Shown in pieces: positions 11,331 to 24,315 of a stretch of DNA of 64,000 bases. This DNA is from Gracilinanus agilis (Eukaryota), in contig NC_058134.1 in the NCBI RefSeq assembly GCF_016433145.1, positions 33,020,757 through 33,084,756 on the forward strand, given 5' to 3'. A program made the translations under genes and the position numbers. Each line of letters opens with the position of its first letter. Positions within the stretch are counted from its first letter, which is position 1. Under the pieces are notes generated by a model. The model searched no databases, was not told the origin of the DNA, and saw nothing but the letters and a program-made list of their open reading frames with translations.

Positions 11331-12120
11331 TGCTAGAGGGTTAGGAATGACACTATTTTTTTCTTCTCTTTGCCCTGCCTCCCACATGAGATGGTTTTGT
11401 GATCCTGACCTTGTCATTTAATATCTTAATGCTTTCAGCAACTCTTAAGAGACTCTGAAGTGAAATTTTTCTCTCTGTAGTCCCTAAGCCATGTATTAAT
11501 TAGAATCTTGAACCCTTGGACTCCATCTCCCAAAATTCCTTTTCCCTTCTGTGTATGTGTATCGTTACGTTGTTTGTATATAGTTCCAAGATCTCCTCCC
11601 CATTGCTCTCTCTCTTCCACTTGAGATGCTTGGGTGAGCTCCTCTCTGGACGCTAACCTTTTTTATTTTCCTTTTTGCTTCAGTTAAATTTAATAAATCT
11701 TATTAAATTTAAAAAATCTTAATAAATACTTGGCATATTGGATATTAATTTAATAATCTGCAGCCAACAGGACCCACACCAGCTCTTTGGACTCTCCCTG
11801 TGGGATTGAACCTCTCTGTGGACCAATGTGGCACCAGATCTCCTCTCCCATTGGTTAAGGCAGACAGGGATCCCCAGAATAGAGAGTAAACCTCCTTCTC
11901 AGGAGCCCTAGCAGGCTCCCATGAAGCAAATTGAGTCCTTAAACGAAGCCAGGTTCTATGTCTTTCTGCCTATGTAACAAAGTCCACACTAATCCTATGG
12001 TCTTTCCTGTTTTTGTTTGGATTTTTAGTAATATTTGTTACTTTCTATAATTTTTAACAAAGCACCTGGGTTAATTTATACAAGTGGGTTAAATTGCCCC
12101 GTCTTTCAGAGTTGACTTTA
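11331..12120 (+). mobile_element. ERV 5' LTR (~11331-11757) plus degenerate PBS and leader remnant
   Basis: TATA-like gtatatag (11576-11583), AATAAA at 11692 and 11721. The U5 end 'tacttggcatattggatattaattt' resembles the LTR end at 60781-60839. It is followed by 'ctgcagccaacaggac', similar to the Lys PBS tggcgcccgaacagggac. Confidence 0.6.
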
Positions 12121-12491
12121 ACTAGGGGTACTTCAATATAATATGACTTTCNAACATAACATAATATAGTACTTATATACAATACAATATATATAACATA
12201 TGTATTATATGTTGGTTATACACATAATATAATGTATTCTATAAATATATACTATATAAATATTATTTATATTTATTTGACATCTAACAATAGAAGAATA
12301 ACATTCTTTCTAGCCACATGACTCTGGAGAAGTCATCTAATCCTATTTGTCTCAGTTCCTCATTCATAAAGTGACTAAGAGAAGGAAAAGGAAAACAAAT
12401 CTAGAATCCTTGCCCAGAAAACCCTAAATGGGGTCACAAAGAACTGGACATGACTGAAATAAAAGAACCACAAATTTTTGTGTGTATGTGT

Positions 12492-12536
<45 letters not shown>

Positions 12537-14347
12537 ATTGAATTTATAATGTAAAAGAATACTTTTGATTATTATGGTAAGTTTAAATTGTGTTTGTATG
12601 TGCATGAATGCTATAGGGGGCATCTGTGATTCATTGATATGAAAAACTATTGATATGGAAAATCCCTTCATGGATTTATCTTTAATTTGTAGCCTTAGAG
12701 AGCTCCTTGGAATACAGAGGGGTTAAGTGATTTTGCTGTAGTCTCATAGCTATTGTTTCAAGCCTATCACCAAGACTTTTCCTCTGCCTACCATACTACT
12801 GTCTTTCACAATCATGGTGCCATTTTTATATGAGAATCCTTTATATGAAAATTAATTTATTTTTAAATTGACATTTAATTTTATGTTAAAAATCCTTATA
12901 ATATCTAAATTTATTTATATATGTGAAAAAAAGATTAGATTGAGCTCAGAATTCCAAAACAGTGTTGAGAATATTCAAGACTGTTAGAGAGAAGATGGGC
13001 ACAAAGGAAAAACCCCTCGGTAGTCTTGTCACAACATTGGTGTGTCTGAGCTCTTAGCTCTAAAGTAAAAATGAGATTTTTACAGATATTGACAATCTGG
13101 TGGATGAAGTGAAAAAGAAAGTGGCACTCAAGGTTTAGAACACTTGGAACTGGCCAAAAAGAGACTCATAGGATGGGAAGGAGGGGTTGAGCTTCAAGGT
13201 CTGGGTGTCTAACTGTTGCTACATTAACTTTCTTAAGAAAATCCATTCTATTGAATAAATGATATCAAATGTGGATGTTCAGAATAGTGATCTTCCTGCT
13301 CTCATGAGTTCATGAGTAAGTAAGCTGTTGTAAGCTCTCAGAAGCAATTCTTGGGTAGACTTAGCAGAGGAAATTTGCTTTCTCCATTCCTGCCCCCTTC
13401 TTTATGATAGTGATTGTTTGCTCTTTATTTTTGTATCCCCAGTGGCCATCACAATGATTAGAACAGAGTGGTGGTTGTTAATCAGTCATGTCTGAAAGGT
13501 TTTAATTCTATTTGGGCTTTTCTTGAGAAAGATACTGGAGCAATTCACCATTTCATTTGAGATGGAGGAAACTGAGGCAAACAGGGTGAAGCGAGTTTCC
13601 CAGGGTCGCCTAACTAGTAAGTGTCTGAGGCTGGATTTGAACTCAGGTTTTCCTAACTCTGTGCTTTATCCTCTGTACCACCTCGCTGCCCAGAGAATGG
13701 TAGAGGTTTTAATACAGGCTTGATGACTGATTCATCTACACGAATGGATGGGTTGGGGAATCTCTGGTCATCTAACCCAGGGGAATGTTGACATTATTAG
13801 TATTAATTTGTCTGGTACCAAAGTGATGTTAGAACACATAACTTCATTAGGAAGGCAAGAGTTCTAATTTTGTCTTGGAAACTTACTGTATGATTTGGGG
13901 CTGATGATATAATTCTCTGTTTCCTCATCTGTAAAATGGAAATAACGAAAGCACTTCCCTCAAAGGATTGTTGTAGGCTGATTAATAATACATGATGTGC
14001 TTTGAGAAGTTAAAGCCTTACATAAATAATCGCTATTATGTTTCTTAGTGACAATAACAAAAAATTTTGACTCAGCTGGTTCTTTTAAAAAACAAAAAAA
14101 ACAAATGAATTATTTGTCACTTCAATCCAAACTATCACTCAAGTTACCATGTGTAGACAGTGTCAGTCCCATTGTCTGCTGGATCAAAGAGTGACAACCA
14201 ACAGCTCTGCTCTAAAGCAGAACATGGGTGCTGGACTGGCCTCCAACATCCTTTTCTCATTTTATCTTCATAGGCTTATGTTCTTTTTGGGGGGAAGTGG
14301 GGCAGATTTCTCCTCTTCTCCTTATAGTTTAGGGGCCATTCCTACAG

Positions 14348-15137
14348 TGCTAGAGGGTTAGGAATGACACTATTTTTTTCTTCTCTTTGCCCTGCCTCCC
14401 ACATGAGATGGTTTTGTGATCCTGACCTTGTCATTTAATATCTTAATGCTTTCAGCAACTCTTAAGAGACTCTGAAGTGAAATTTTTCTCTCTGTAGTCC
14501 CTAAGCCATGTATTAATTAGAATCTTGAACCCTTGGACTCCATCTCCCAAAATTCCTTTTCCCTTCTGTGTATGTGTATCGTTACGTTGTTTGTATATAG
14601 TTCCAAGATCTCCTCCCCATTGCTCTCTCTCTTCCACTTGAGATGCTTGGGTGAGCTCCTCTCTGGACGCTAACCTTTTTTATTTTCCTTTTTGCTTCAG
14701 TTAAATTTAATAAATCTTATTAAATTTAAAAAATCTTAATAAATACTTGGCATATTGGATATTAATTTAATAATCTGCAGCCAACAGGACCCACACCAGC
14801 TCTTTGGACTCTCCCTGTGGGATTGAACCTCTCTGTGGACCAATGTGGCACCAGATCTCCTCTCCCATTGGTTAAGGCAGACAGGGATCCCCAGAATAGA
14901 GAGTAAACCTCCTTCTCAGGAGCCCTAGCAGGCTCCCATGAAGCAAATTGAGTCCTTAAACGAAGCCAGGTTCTATGTCTTTCTGCCTATGTAACAAAGT
15001 CCACACTAATCCTATGGTCTTTCCTGTTTTTGTTTGGATTTTTAGTAATATTTGTTACTTTCTATAATTTTTAACAAAGCACCTGGGTTAATTTATACAA
15101 GTGGGTTAAATTGCCCCGTCTTTCAGAGTTGACTTTA
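14348..15137 (+). mobile_element. Duplicate copy of the ERV LTR/leader remnant
   Basis: Identical to 11331-12120 at an offset of 3017. Confidence 0.6.
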
Positions 15138-15469
15138 ACTAGGGGTACTTCAATATAATATGACTTTCTAGAGAAAAGCTTCACAAGATTACTCTTGTGC
15201 CATGTTTGAACAGGTTCATATACTTTTCTCTCCTCATAGTTCTTTTGCCTTAGTATAAATCTAAAGGGAAAAGAGAAAAAAAATAAATATTATTTTTATA
15301 TTTGCCCCAGTGTCCTCAATCTATAATATATCATAATAGTTATGCATCTTCCCTGATAGATTTTTTGATGAAGTAGAATGTAGCTTTTCTGATATTTATT
15401 ATTGTTATTATATTCTTATCATCTATATGTATATCTATTTTATATGTATAATAGATAACAAAATATTAT

Positions 15470-16080
15470 GCAAAAGACAATTTTAAAAGGATGACAGAAA
15501 AATGAAATAATATTTGATCTTAGAAATAATAGGGAGTCCCTTGAATTCAATGAGTTTGAGGAGCTGCATGACCAGCCTTGCACTTTTAACAAATTATTTT
15601 GGTAGCTAGGTGGATGATGGAATAGAGGGAGGCTTGGTGGCAAAGAGGCAATTAGAATATTATTGAAATAGTTTGGTAGACATGGTGATGAACCCCTGAA
15701 CTAATGTGGCAGCTATGTGAGTAGAAGGAAGGGGATTCATGTAAGAAGTAGTATAGAAATAGAAAGAATGATTTGATCACGTATTGGATATATGGAGCAA
15801 GTGAAAGTGAGGACTCACAAAGCATAAAACTAAAAGTTGTAAACTGAGTTAGAATGAAAGTAGAAGAAACAGAGGAATTCAGGAGGGGTATGCATTGAGG
15901 GAAAATTGTTAAGGAGCTCTAATCTGAATGTGTTGAGTTTGGGATACCTATAGGTTATCAAATTTGAAATGTCCAATAAGTATTGGATGATATAGATGTA
16001 GCACCCTGGAGAAAGGACATTAGGACTGGATAAGTGGATCTGAGAGTCACCAAGCAGTAATTAAACCCATGGGAGCATTG
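15470..16080 (-). mobile_element. L2 LINE fragment
   Basis: Purine-rich L2 antisense pattern: 'gagttgagtttgggatacc...tttgaaatgtccaataag...ctggagaaaggacattaggactggataagtggatctgagagtc'. Confidence 0.7.
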
Positions 16081-16396
16081 TAATCCATAATAAAGTAACT
16101 TCCATTCACACGATGCTTTAGAATTAAAAAGTGTTTTCCTTGGATGCTCATAGCATCAGCTAAATAGTATGAACATATATGTGTGGGTGTATGTCTTTAT
16201 GTTGTATGCATATTAATCATCAAATATTTCAGTTGAACTAGCTGATCTCTAAGATGCCTCCTAACTTTAATATTCTTGGAGTGTAAGTAAAGGAAAAAAA
16301 TGAAATTAATAAGTCAAAATTAATTAATAAATTGTAGTCATTGAAGGTTATTGTAGTTGGATATACATAACTGAGGGTTCTCACTGCTTTATAGTC

Positions 16397-16779
16397 TTGT
16401 TTGTACAAAACCTTTTTAATTTAATGTAATCAAAATTACTTATTGTACATTTTGTAATTTTTTCTAACTCTTGCTTGGTTTTAAAATCTTTCCTTTCCCA
16501 AAGATCTGACAAGTATGCTATTCTGTGTTTGCCTAATTTACTTATAGTTTCCTTCTTTATATTCAAATCATTCATCCATTCTGAATTTATCTTGGTGTAG
16601 GATGTGAGATGTTGATCTAAACCTAATCTCTCCCATATTGTTTTCCAATTTTCCCAGCAGTTTTTGTCAAATAGTGGACTTTTGTCCCAAAAGCTGGGTT
16701 CTTTGGGTTTATCATACACTGTTTTGCTGATGTCACCCCAAGTCTATTTCACTGATCCTCCCTTCTGTCTCTTAGCTAG
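16397..16779 (-). mobile_element. Internal L1 ORF2 fragment without poly(A)
   Basis: ORF 16381-16719 (PLFDKNCWENWKTIWERLGLDQHLT) is homologous to 1670-2060; flanked by the 12-bp direct repeat tgctttatagtc. Confidence 0.9.
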
Positions 16780-17199
16780 TGCTTTATAGTCATGAGAACC
16801 AACTCAATCCTACTTCTCCCAATACTCACAAAAGAACGTAAAAGACATGGATATGACAAGAAGAGACAGCAAAGATTCTGCTGTGCTGGCAAAACCTTCA
16901 CTCCGTTACTCTTCTCACATAGGACATGTGCTGTCTAAACCACTAGAAAATCATTACATTGCCTGTATTCTTGTTTCTCTTCTCCAAACCCTTTCTTTTA
17001 TTCAGATGAAACAGTTTATCACATTTCCTACTTATTAAATTCTCGGGAAAATGGAAAGATAAATCTGTGGGATATCTTTAGGTTGATTTTCCCTTTACAA
17101 TTCCATTCTTAACAGTCATTCAGTCCATCTCATTTAGAGGTCTATAGTTTTTGTAAAACATTGAAAGAAACTTCCAAGACACTTATGACAACAAAAGAA

Positions 17200-17530
17200 C
17201 ATATACCACCATAGAAGAAACTGATGAAATATAAATGCAAATTGAAACATACCATGTTTTACTTCATTTCCTCCATGAATTTTTCTCTAGCATTAACTGT
17301 ATGTGTCTTCTTTCTCAACAAGATAGGCATGGAAATATGTATTCTATGATAATATATGTACAATCTATATCATATTGCCTGCCTTCTTGGACAGTGGGGA
17401 AATGGGAGGAAGAGAGAGAACATTGATTACAAAATCAGAGGATGAATATTGAAAAACTGTTTTAACACATAATGTATAAACCCCCAAAAATTATAATAAA
17501 AATTGTTAGGTGAATTAAAAATAAACAATC
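17200..17530 (+). mobile_element. Older L1 3' end
   Basis: 'catggaaatatgtattctatgataatatatgtacaatctatatcatattgcctgcc...gaaaaactgttttaacacataat' followed by an A-rich tail. Confidence 0.65.
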
Positions 17531-17576
17531 AAACAAACAAACTACTAGAAGTGGAACTATATCCATACTGCTGCTG

Positions 17577-19425
17577 NNNNNNNNNNNNNNNNNNNNNNNN
17601 NNNNNNNNNNNNNNNNNNNNNNNNNNNNNNNNNNNNNNNNNNNNNNNNNNNNNNNNNNNNNNNNNNNNNNNNNNNNNNNNNNNNNNNNNNNNNNNNNNNN
17701 NNNNNNNNNNNATAAGTAACATCATATATCTTGTGTGAAATGACATGATATGATATAGTATGATATAAATAGTTTCAAATCTAGGTGGCTTATAATGGTC
17801 ATAATTTGCTTTCCTCAATTTTATATGCTTTGACCTAACCTTCATATAACCATCTTGTCCCAGAGTTAGAGCATTTTGGCACCACAGCAGTAATGATGGC
17901 TCTTGTCATGCAAATTACTTTTCTCCTTATAACTCTTCTGATAATGATAACAGCATAAATTTCTTTTGCCTGCTCTTCCACTTTACAGATGAGGAAACTG
18001 AGGCTTAGTGAGGTTAAGCAAGTTATTATAAGATTTCTTATTCCTTATTCAAGGCTCTTTCCATTTTTATAAAATAGGAAACAATAGAAAGTCATAAGTG
18101 TGTAATAGACTTTTAGAGCAGCATAGGACCTGAGAGTTCATCTCTTCCAACTGGTTACTAGTAAAATGATGTCATGGGGCAGCTGGGTAGCTCAGTGGAG
18201 TGAGAGTCAGGCCTAGAGACAGGAGGTCCTAGGTTCAAACCCGGCCTCAGCCACTTCCGAGCTGTGTGACCTTGGGCAAGTCACTTGACCCCCATTGCCC
18301 ACCCTTACCAATCTTCCACCCATGAGACAATACACCGAAGTACAAGGGTAAAAAAAAAATGATGTCATTAAAGTCCAGGGTTTCNNNNNNNNNNNNNNNN
18401 NNNNNNNNNNNNNNNNNNNNNNNNNNNNNNNNNNNNNNNNNNNNNNNNNNNNNNNNNNNNNNNNNNNNNNNNNNNNNNNNNNNNNNNNNNNNNNNNNNNN
18501 NNNNNNNNNNNNNNNNNNNNNNNNNNNNNNAGAATAGAGGTTAGACCTATAATTTCATTGATATAAAAGTTCCCTGCATGAAAGGATCCTATCAATGTAG
18601 TTCAGCCCTTTTCCTGATCTTCATAAACTAAGAAAGTTACGTGAGAAGTTCAATGACTTGTCTGGAATCCCACAAAGAGTATGTGTCACAGGCAAGACTT
18701 GAATGCAGATATTCCTGGTTTCAAGGTCAATTCTTTATCTACTGTTTATCTCTGTCTCTGTCTCTTTGTGTAGCAACTTCTCTGTGTTCTTAGTCTCGGT
18801 GTCTATCCTTTTTTTACTCTTTCTGTGTATCTGTCTTTGTCACTGTGTGTGCATGAGTGTGTTTGTTTTTATGTAAGAGGAGTCTACTTCCAGAGAGAAG
18901 AGATGATGACTTTTATGAGATTTTCACTGTCACAAGTACATGTAGTTTCTACCTAAATAGGCAATATTGTACTAGTAGTAGAGAATGAAGCAATGAGTGG
19001 GCTTGGGACTGTGATAGTGTTACAGGAAAGCAGAAAGCCTCCCGGACCATGGCATAAAAATAGTTTAAGGCATGAAATAGTTGAGAGCTGGCTCAGCTGG
19101 TGGAGTAGAAGAATGGTTTCTGAAAATATGAGGTCAGCCCAGAAAGAAGGAAGAGGTAGGGGAACCATCTGTTACAGCTGCTTATGTCCATCATGAATGT
19201 CTATTCAATCTTCATCTCCTTGCCTTGTTTGAGAAGTTATATATCTAAACCTCTGGAAGGTTATCTTTTCATNNNNNNNNNNNNNNNNNNNNNNNNNNNN
19301 NNNNNNNNNNNNNNNNNNNNNNNNNNNNNNNNNNNNNNNNNNNNNNNNNNNNNNNNNNNNNNNNNNNNNNNNNNNNNNNNNNNNNNNNNNNNNNNNNNNN
19401 NNNNNNNNNNNNNNNNNNNNNNNNN
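17577..19425. other. Three assembly gaps: 17577-17711, 18385-18530, 19273-19425
   Basis: Runs of 135, 146 and 153 N. Confidence 1.
18176..18359 (+). mobile_element. Young SINE1_Mdo-type SINE
   Basis: ggggcagctgggtagctcagtgg head, retained CpGs, A-tail, perfect 13-bp TSD aaaatgatgtcat (18163-18175 / 18356-18368). Confidence 0.95.
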
Positions 19426-22400
19426 ACAAATGCATACACCCCATCTGTCCTTACAGTATCTCTGTTACAGCAGAGGTTGAGCTGCCCAGTTCTGAGGAAA
19501 TCTCACAGGATTAATCAAAAGAGGAAGAGGCATAAGCATGGCCATGAGAACTGAAAGATTAGCCTTTCTACAAGCCTTCATTACAACTAAAGCCTCCTAA
19601 CTTTTGTGAAATGATAGGATCAGAAAATGGGTAAACTTCAGTCAACAGTCACTTGACATGTTCAAATGGCAGAGGAATCAGAAGTGTCCCCCATTTTATT
19701 GGAGTTTGAGACCACTGTTCTAAGGCATTCTATGACCTTAGTAAAATCTTCCAAGTGTAGAGTCCAATGGAGTCCTTAGCTAAAAGATGCTTGCAGAATG
19801 ATATGAGAGAAAGATAAGTGGATTTAGAATTAGAGGACCTGAATTCACATACTAGCCATACTACTGTTTTGACCTTGGATGAGTCATAACTTTTCTAAGC
19901 CTCAGTATCCCCATCTTTAAAATGAGAAAGTTGTTTCTATAATGTCTCTTTCCAGCTTGGAAAATCCCATGATCTGTTCTCACTCTGGCTTTGTCACTAA
20001 CTCATGATTTTTAATAAGCCATGTGCTTTGTCAGTCCATTAACTCTCCTAGCCACTGATTTGATATGGATTTTGTAACAAATAATGACTTAATGCTTCTA
20101 AAATTCCACTTGTCTAGTATAAATGAGTCAACTTGCCTAAAAATAAAATGATGCTAATTCTTTGACCATGGAAAAGGAGCAAAAAGTGAAAGAAAGCCTT
20201 ATATAAATACACATTCCATGGCCAATCAAGGCTTATGTAATGGAGTGAGAAAATCCTATACTATGCTTGAGTAGAAAGAGACTGTGTAGAGAGTCCACTC
20301 CATCCATGAATAGCCCCTTGGCAGTAGTACCCAAAAGGGGGTATAATAAGAAGTAGAATACTAGAGGGAATCCATAATAATATGAGTAGATATTTTTGTA
20401 AGGCTTTAAAATTTGCTAGAAAGCTTCCCATACATCATCTCATTTTAAGTGGCAGCTTGTGGCTTAGTGGATAGACTTGAAGATAGAAAGATCTGAATTC
20501 AAATGTAACCTCAGTCATTTATATAGCTCTGTGACTCTAGGAAAATTATAACTTATGCTTGTCTCAGTTTCTGGGGATAATAATAGCACCTTCCTCTTGG
20601 TGTTTTTCTAAAGGGGAAAATATTTATGATATCCTTTGCAAAACAAAGTACTCTAAATAATATTTTTATTATTATTATTTGCTTCTTACAAAACCTGAGA
20701 GAGTTTGGTGCTATATACATCATTCTTTGTTTACAGATAAGGCTTAGAGAGTTTGCCCAAGGACACCCTGGTAGAGTAGTTAAATTTGAACCTAGATCTC
20801 TCTTTACTGTAGGTTCAGAATTCTGTTACCTCAGGCTTCCTGATTCCAGTATTCTAAGGGGACGGTGTCCTATTTTATCATCCAGCCCATATAGAAGATA
20901 TCTGAGGCATAGATAATTCTGTTTTGGCTGGCATTATGATTGGAGAATGCCAGTTACCAAGGTAGGCAAACTCTGTGAGTCTTCAACTCTTACTTAAGTG
21001 AGGACAAGTTACAAATAAATTTAGGCAAGTAATTACTTTTCTTCCAGAAAAAAACAGGATTACTCATGGATTCATAGTCCTAGGATCAATTCAACAGTTT
21101 GTTGATGGACATTTCTTAAGCACCTAATGTGTGCTAAATACTGTGCTAGTTTCTAGAGACAGAGATAAAAGTAAGCATAGAATCTAGGTCTGGGAAGGAA
21201 AATGGTAATAATAATCACAACAACAATGATTATGATGAGTAGCATTTAGATAGCACCTACTATGTGCCAAAGCACTATGTTAAGGGTTTTACAAATATTA
21301 TCTGACTTGATCCCCACTACCACTTAGGGAGGTAGATATTAATATTCTCATTTTATGCAATTTTATACAGATGGGTTTTCCCAGTGGGATATTTTCATAG
21401 ATAGCATTTAAGTTTTATAGCTTAAGAAACTTTAATAAATAAAATTAGTCACTATCTCAAAAATTTCTCATTTTACAGTTGAGGAAACTGAGGCATGCAG
21501 AGGTTAAATGACTTGATCAGGATGATACAACTAGTGACTGAAGTGAGATTTGAACCCTGACTTTCTTACTCTAGGCCCAGCACTCTATCCTGGGCCATGG
21601 CTATTAAGTGGGTTGCCCAGTCATGAATGTAATTGGTAGAAAAGTTGAGACTAAAATTTCATATTCTGATGGCAAATTCATGCCTTCTCACCACTTTACC
21701 CTTCCTCCAGTTAGAAGAGTCAAGTGTCTAGAGTAGGAGTATCTGAATTCAAATTTCCTTTCTAATACTATTTCTGAGCAAATCTCTCAGCCCCTCTAGG
21801 TCTCTTTCCTCATCTGTAAAATGAGACATCTGGAGTCAGTGACCCATGAGATCCCATCCAGTTCTAGCACTCAGATCTTGGGATCTTTCCCATTTCAAAC
21901 CAACCATCTGTCAGATGACAAATTGTGATTTTCTTTAGGACACAAAATTCCTTAGCTTCCTGATCTGTAGTTCAATGTGGCTTTTCTCTCCACTTTTCAA
22001 CTACACTGCCTCCAGGATTATATCCTTACCTTTTCAGCCCTTCAAGATCATTTGTCAATGAAATGTATCCCAGGGAACTCTTTTGTAATGAAGATAGCAT
22101 GGTGCAAAGGACAGAGACTTGGCTCTATAGTCGTAGGAAATGGGTTGAATTCCTTCTATCTTCATGACCTTAGGATAATCAAAACTTCTCTGATCTTTAA
22201 TTATTTTTCCTATCCTACCAATAATGCTAATAATAACTAAAATTTTATAGCACTTTATTAAAAAATCACTTGATTCTTTGCACAATCCTGTGAGGTAGGT
22301 GTTATAATTAACCTTATTTTCTAAATGAGGAAACCGAGGCAAATAACAGTTAAGGTAATGGCACAACTCCTGAGACCCTATTTGAACTTTGATTTTCACT

Positions 22401-23120
22401 AAAGTTCTATCCACTATACCACTTAGCAGTTCACTACACAGTTAGGGCTTTGGACTAGATAAATGTCCAAGGGCTCTTTTCAGCTGAAAGTCTAGAATCC
22501 AATGAACTCTTTACAATACCCTGGACCACTCCCCACCCCCATCTCTCTATGGTTTCTTATTTGTAAGACTTAGTTTTCTGCTCCTGCAATAGCTTCCCAA
22601 ACTCCTAAACATTCCTAGTCTTTCACAAAATAATGCTTTACTAGCCAGTTAGTATAGTAGATGGAGTGTTGAACTTAGGTCAGAAAGACTTGAGTTGAAA
22701 TTTTCCAGATACATACTAGGTGTGTGTCCCTGGGCAAACCATTTAACCTCTGCAAGCCTCGTTTCCTCATATGGAAAAGAGGGATAGTAAAATTTTTGTA
22801 ACCTAAAAGCACTACATAAATATTAACTGTAGATGATATTAAGTATGAGATTTTAAAAGGGGGAGGTGCTGATTTAATGGAAATGAGATAATCTTTAACT
22901 TCATTATTCCATTTCCCCCTGTAAATTATGCATTAAAAACCAATTACTCCCCCTCCTCCCTTTTCTCACTCAAAAATCTACTTGGGATCATTTGGCTTGA
23001 TTGCATGCAGTTGTCTTCTGATTTGTATTTCCCCATCCTGAGACCTGCATCCAGATGCTTAAATAGCTTTGAAATTGGGCCATGAATTGCCCACTCCCCA
23101 CACTAGAACTTCTCACTTAC

Positions 23121-23413
23121 TTATTGGTCCAAATGTCATGGTAGGTATTCTACTTGGTAAGTGATGCCCCCGTTTCCCCGAAGGGCATGTATTATTTTAA
23201 ACCATCAAAGCCACTTGGCACCCAGAACCTCCCACTCCATAGGTCCCCTCCAGCCCAAGAATATACACTCCCAGGATCTTCATCAGAAATAGAACAATGC
23301 CCGGTGCTCTTCCAGCACTGCCTAAAGCAGCTGGTATCAGCTGTTTCTGGGCTTGTCGCCCCCATGCATGTCATATCCTGACTACGGCAGCCCACACTTT
23401 GAGAAGCATCCAC
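23121..23413 (-). other. Exon-like unique segment of unknown product
   Basis: Minus-strand acceptor ctttcag| at 23414-23420 and donor |gtaagt at 23115-23120; 73-codon open frame; GC and CpG content above background. No homology recognised. Confidence 0.25.
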
Positions 23414-23738
23414 CTGAAAGTGATGGAAACCTCAGTGTGTTATAGGGAGAGGGGATGGGAGCACTTCTCTGGGGCCAGAGAGAAAAGGGATTCAAATAAT
23501 TGTTTCTTTTTACATTTTTACTGATCCAATAACCTTCTTTGGTTATTTCTACTCCTCAAAACAGGCATTAAATTTTTCTTTATCTCCCCCTATGTCTCTG
23601 TCTCTTTCTCCTCTCTATAGTTGTCTCATCTCTCATCCTAATCTCTTTCCTTTTCTTTTCTCTCCTCTCCTCTCCTCTCCCCTCCTCATCCCTCATATTT
23701 TCCCTCTCCTCTCCAGGCTCCTAAAATCTTTTATCTCC

Positions 23739-23740
<2 letters not shown>

Positions 23741-23770
<30 letters not shown>

Positions 23771-23826
23771 CTATGTACATTTATGTACATATGAATATAT
23801 ACACATATCCATATCTATATCTATAT
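23741..23826. repeat. (TA)n and degenerate TA/TC microsatellite
   Basis: Direct reading. Confidence 0.9.
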
Positions 23827-24258
23827 ATCAGTTGAACAACCTAAGAAGTTAGTAAGGATTTTATGTAGGAGAGAAGGATAGGAATCCTATCCATTTACCT
23901 TAGTGAAGGTGAGGGATTGGGGCTATGACATTTAGGTCATTTTAAAATATAATACATTCTAGTCATCTCTTTCAGAAAGGTCTCTGCCTTGAGATATTCC
24001 TCAGTATCTTATCTAAGAAGCCTCAAATGTTCAGAGCGTGAGACCCTCATCCTGGGCATTAACATATGCTTAGCACCTCTCAAACTCTTTGCATCCCAAT
24101 GGAGTCATCTTTCTTTATATATACATACGTGCTTTCTTCTGCTTACCTTCTTATCCATATTCCACATTACCTAAGAGAAGAGTAGCAAGGATTGCCATCT
24201 GCTGGGGGAATGGAAAAAGAAGCCCCCTCCCACTCCCCTCCACACCCCCATGAATATT

Positions 24259-24315
24259 ATCATCTCCTGTGAATGTTACCATCCCCTGTGAATGTTATCA
24301 TTCTCTGTGAATGTT
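24259..24315. repeat. 19-bp minisatellite, 3 copies (atcatctcctgtgaatgtt-like)
   Basis: Units at 24259, 24278 and 24297, all ending ctgtgaatgtt. Confidence 0.9.

Larger units (their letters stand above)
9132..15168. repeat. Head-to-tail duplication of ~3.02 kb (9132-12151 and 12153-15168) joined by a single N at 12152
   Basis: ORFs recur at an offset of 3017 (10506/13523, 11132/14149, 11435/14452). The only difference I found is (GT)18 vs (GT)16. Confidence 0.95.

Noticed and set aside
9403-12671. Poly(His-Thr) ORFs
   Set aside because: Translation of (CA)n microsatellites.
17462-19480. ORFs spanning N runs
   Set aside because: Artefacts of gaps; the flanks suggest the gaps hide simple repeats.
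23310-23420. Plus-strand C...SWYQLFLGLSP resembling an Ig/TCR V-segment framework
   Set aside because: In-frame stops, short C-W spacing, no YYC motif, no leader exon and no RSS.
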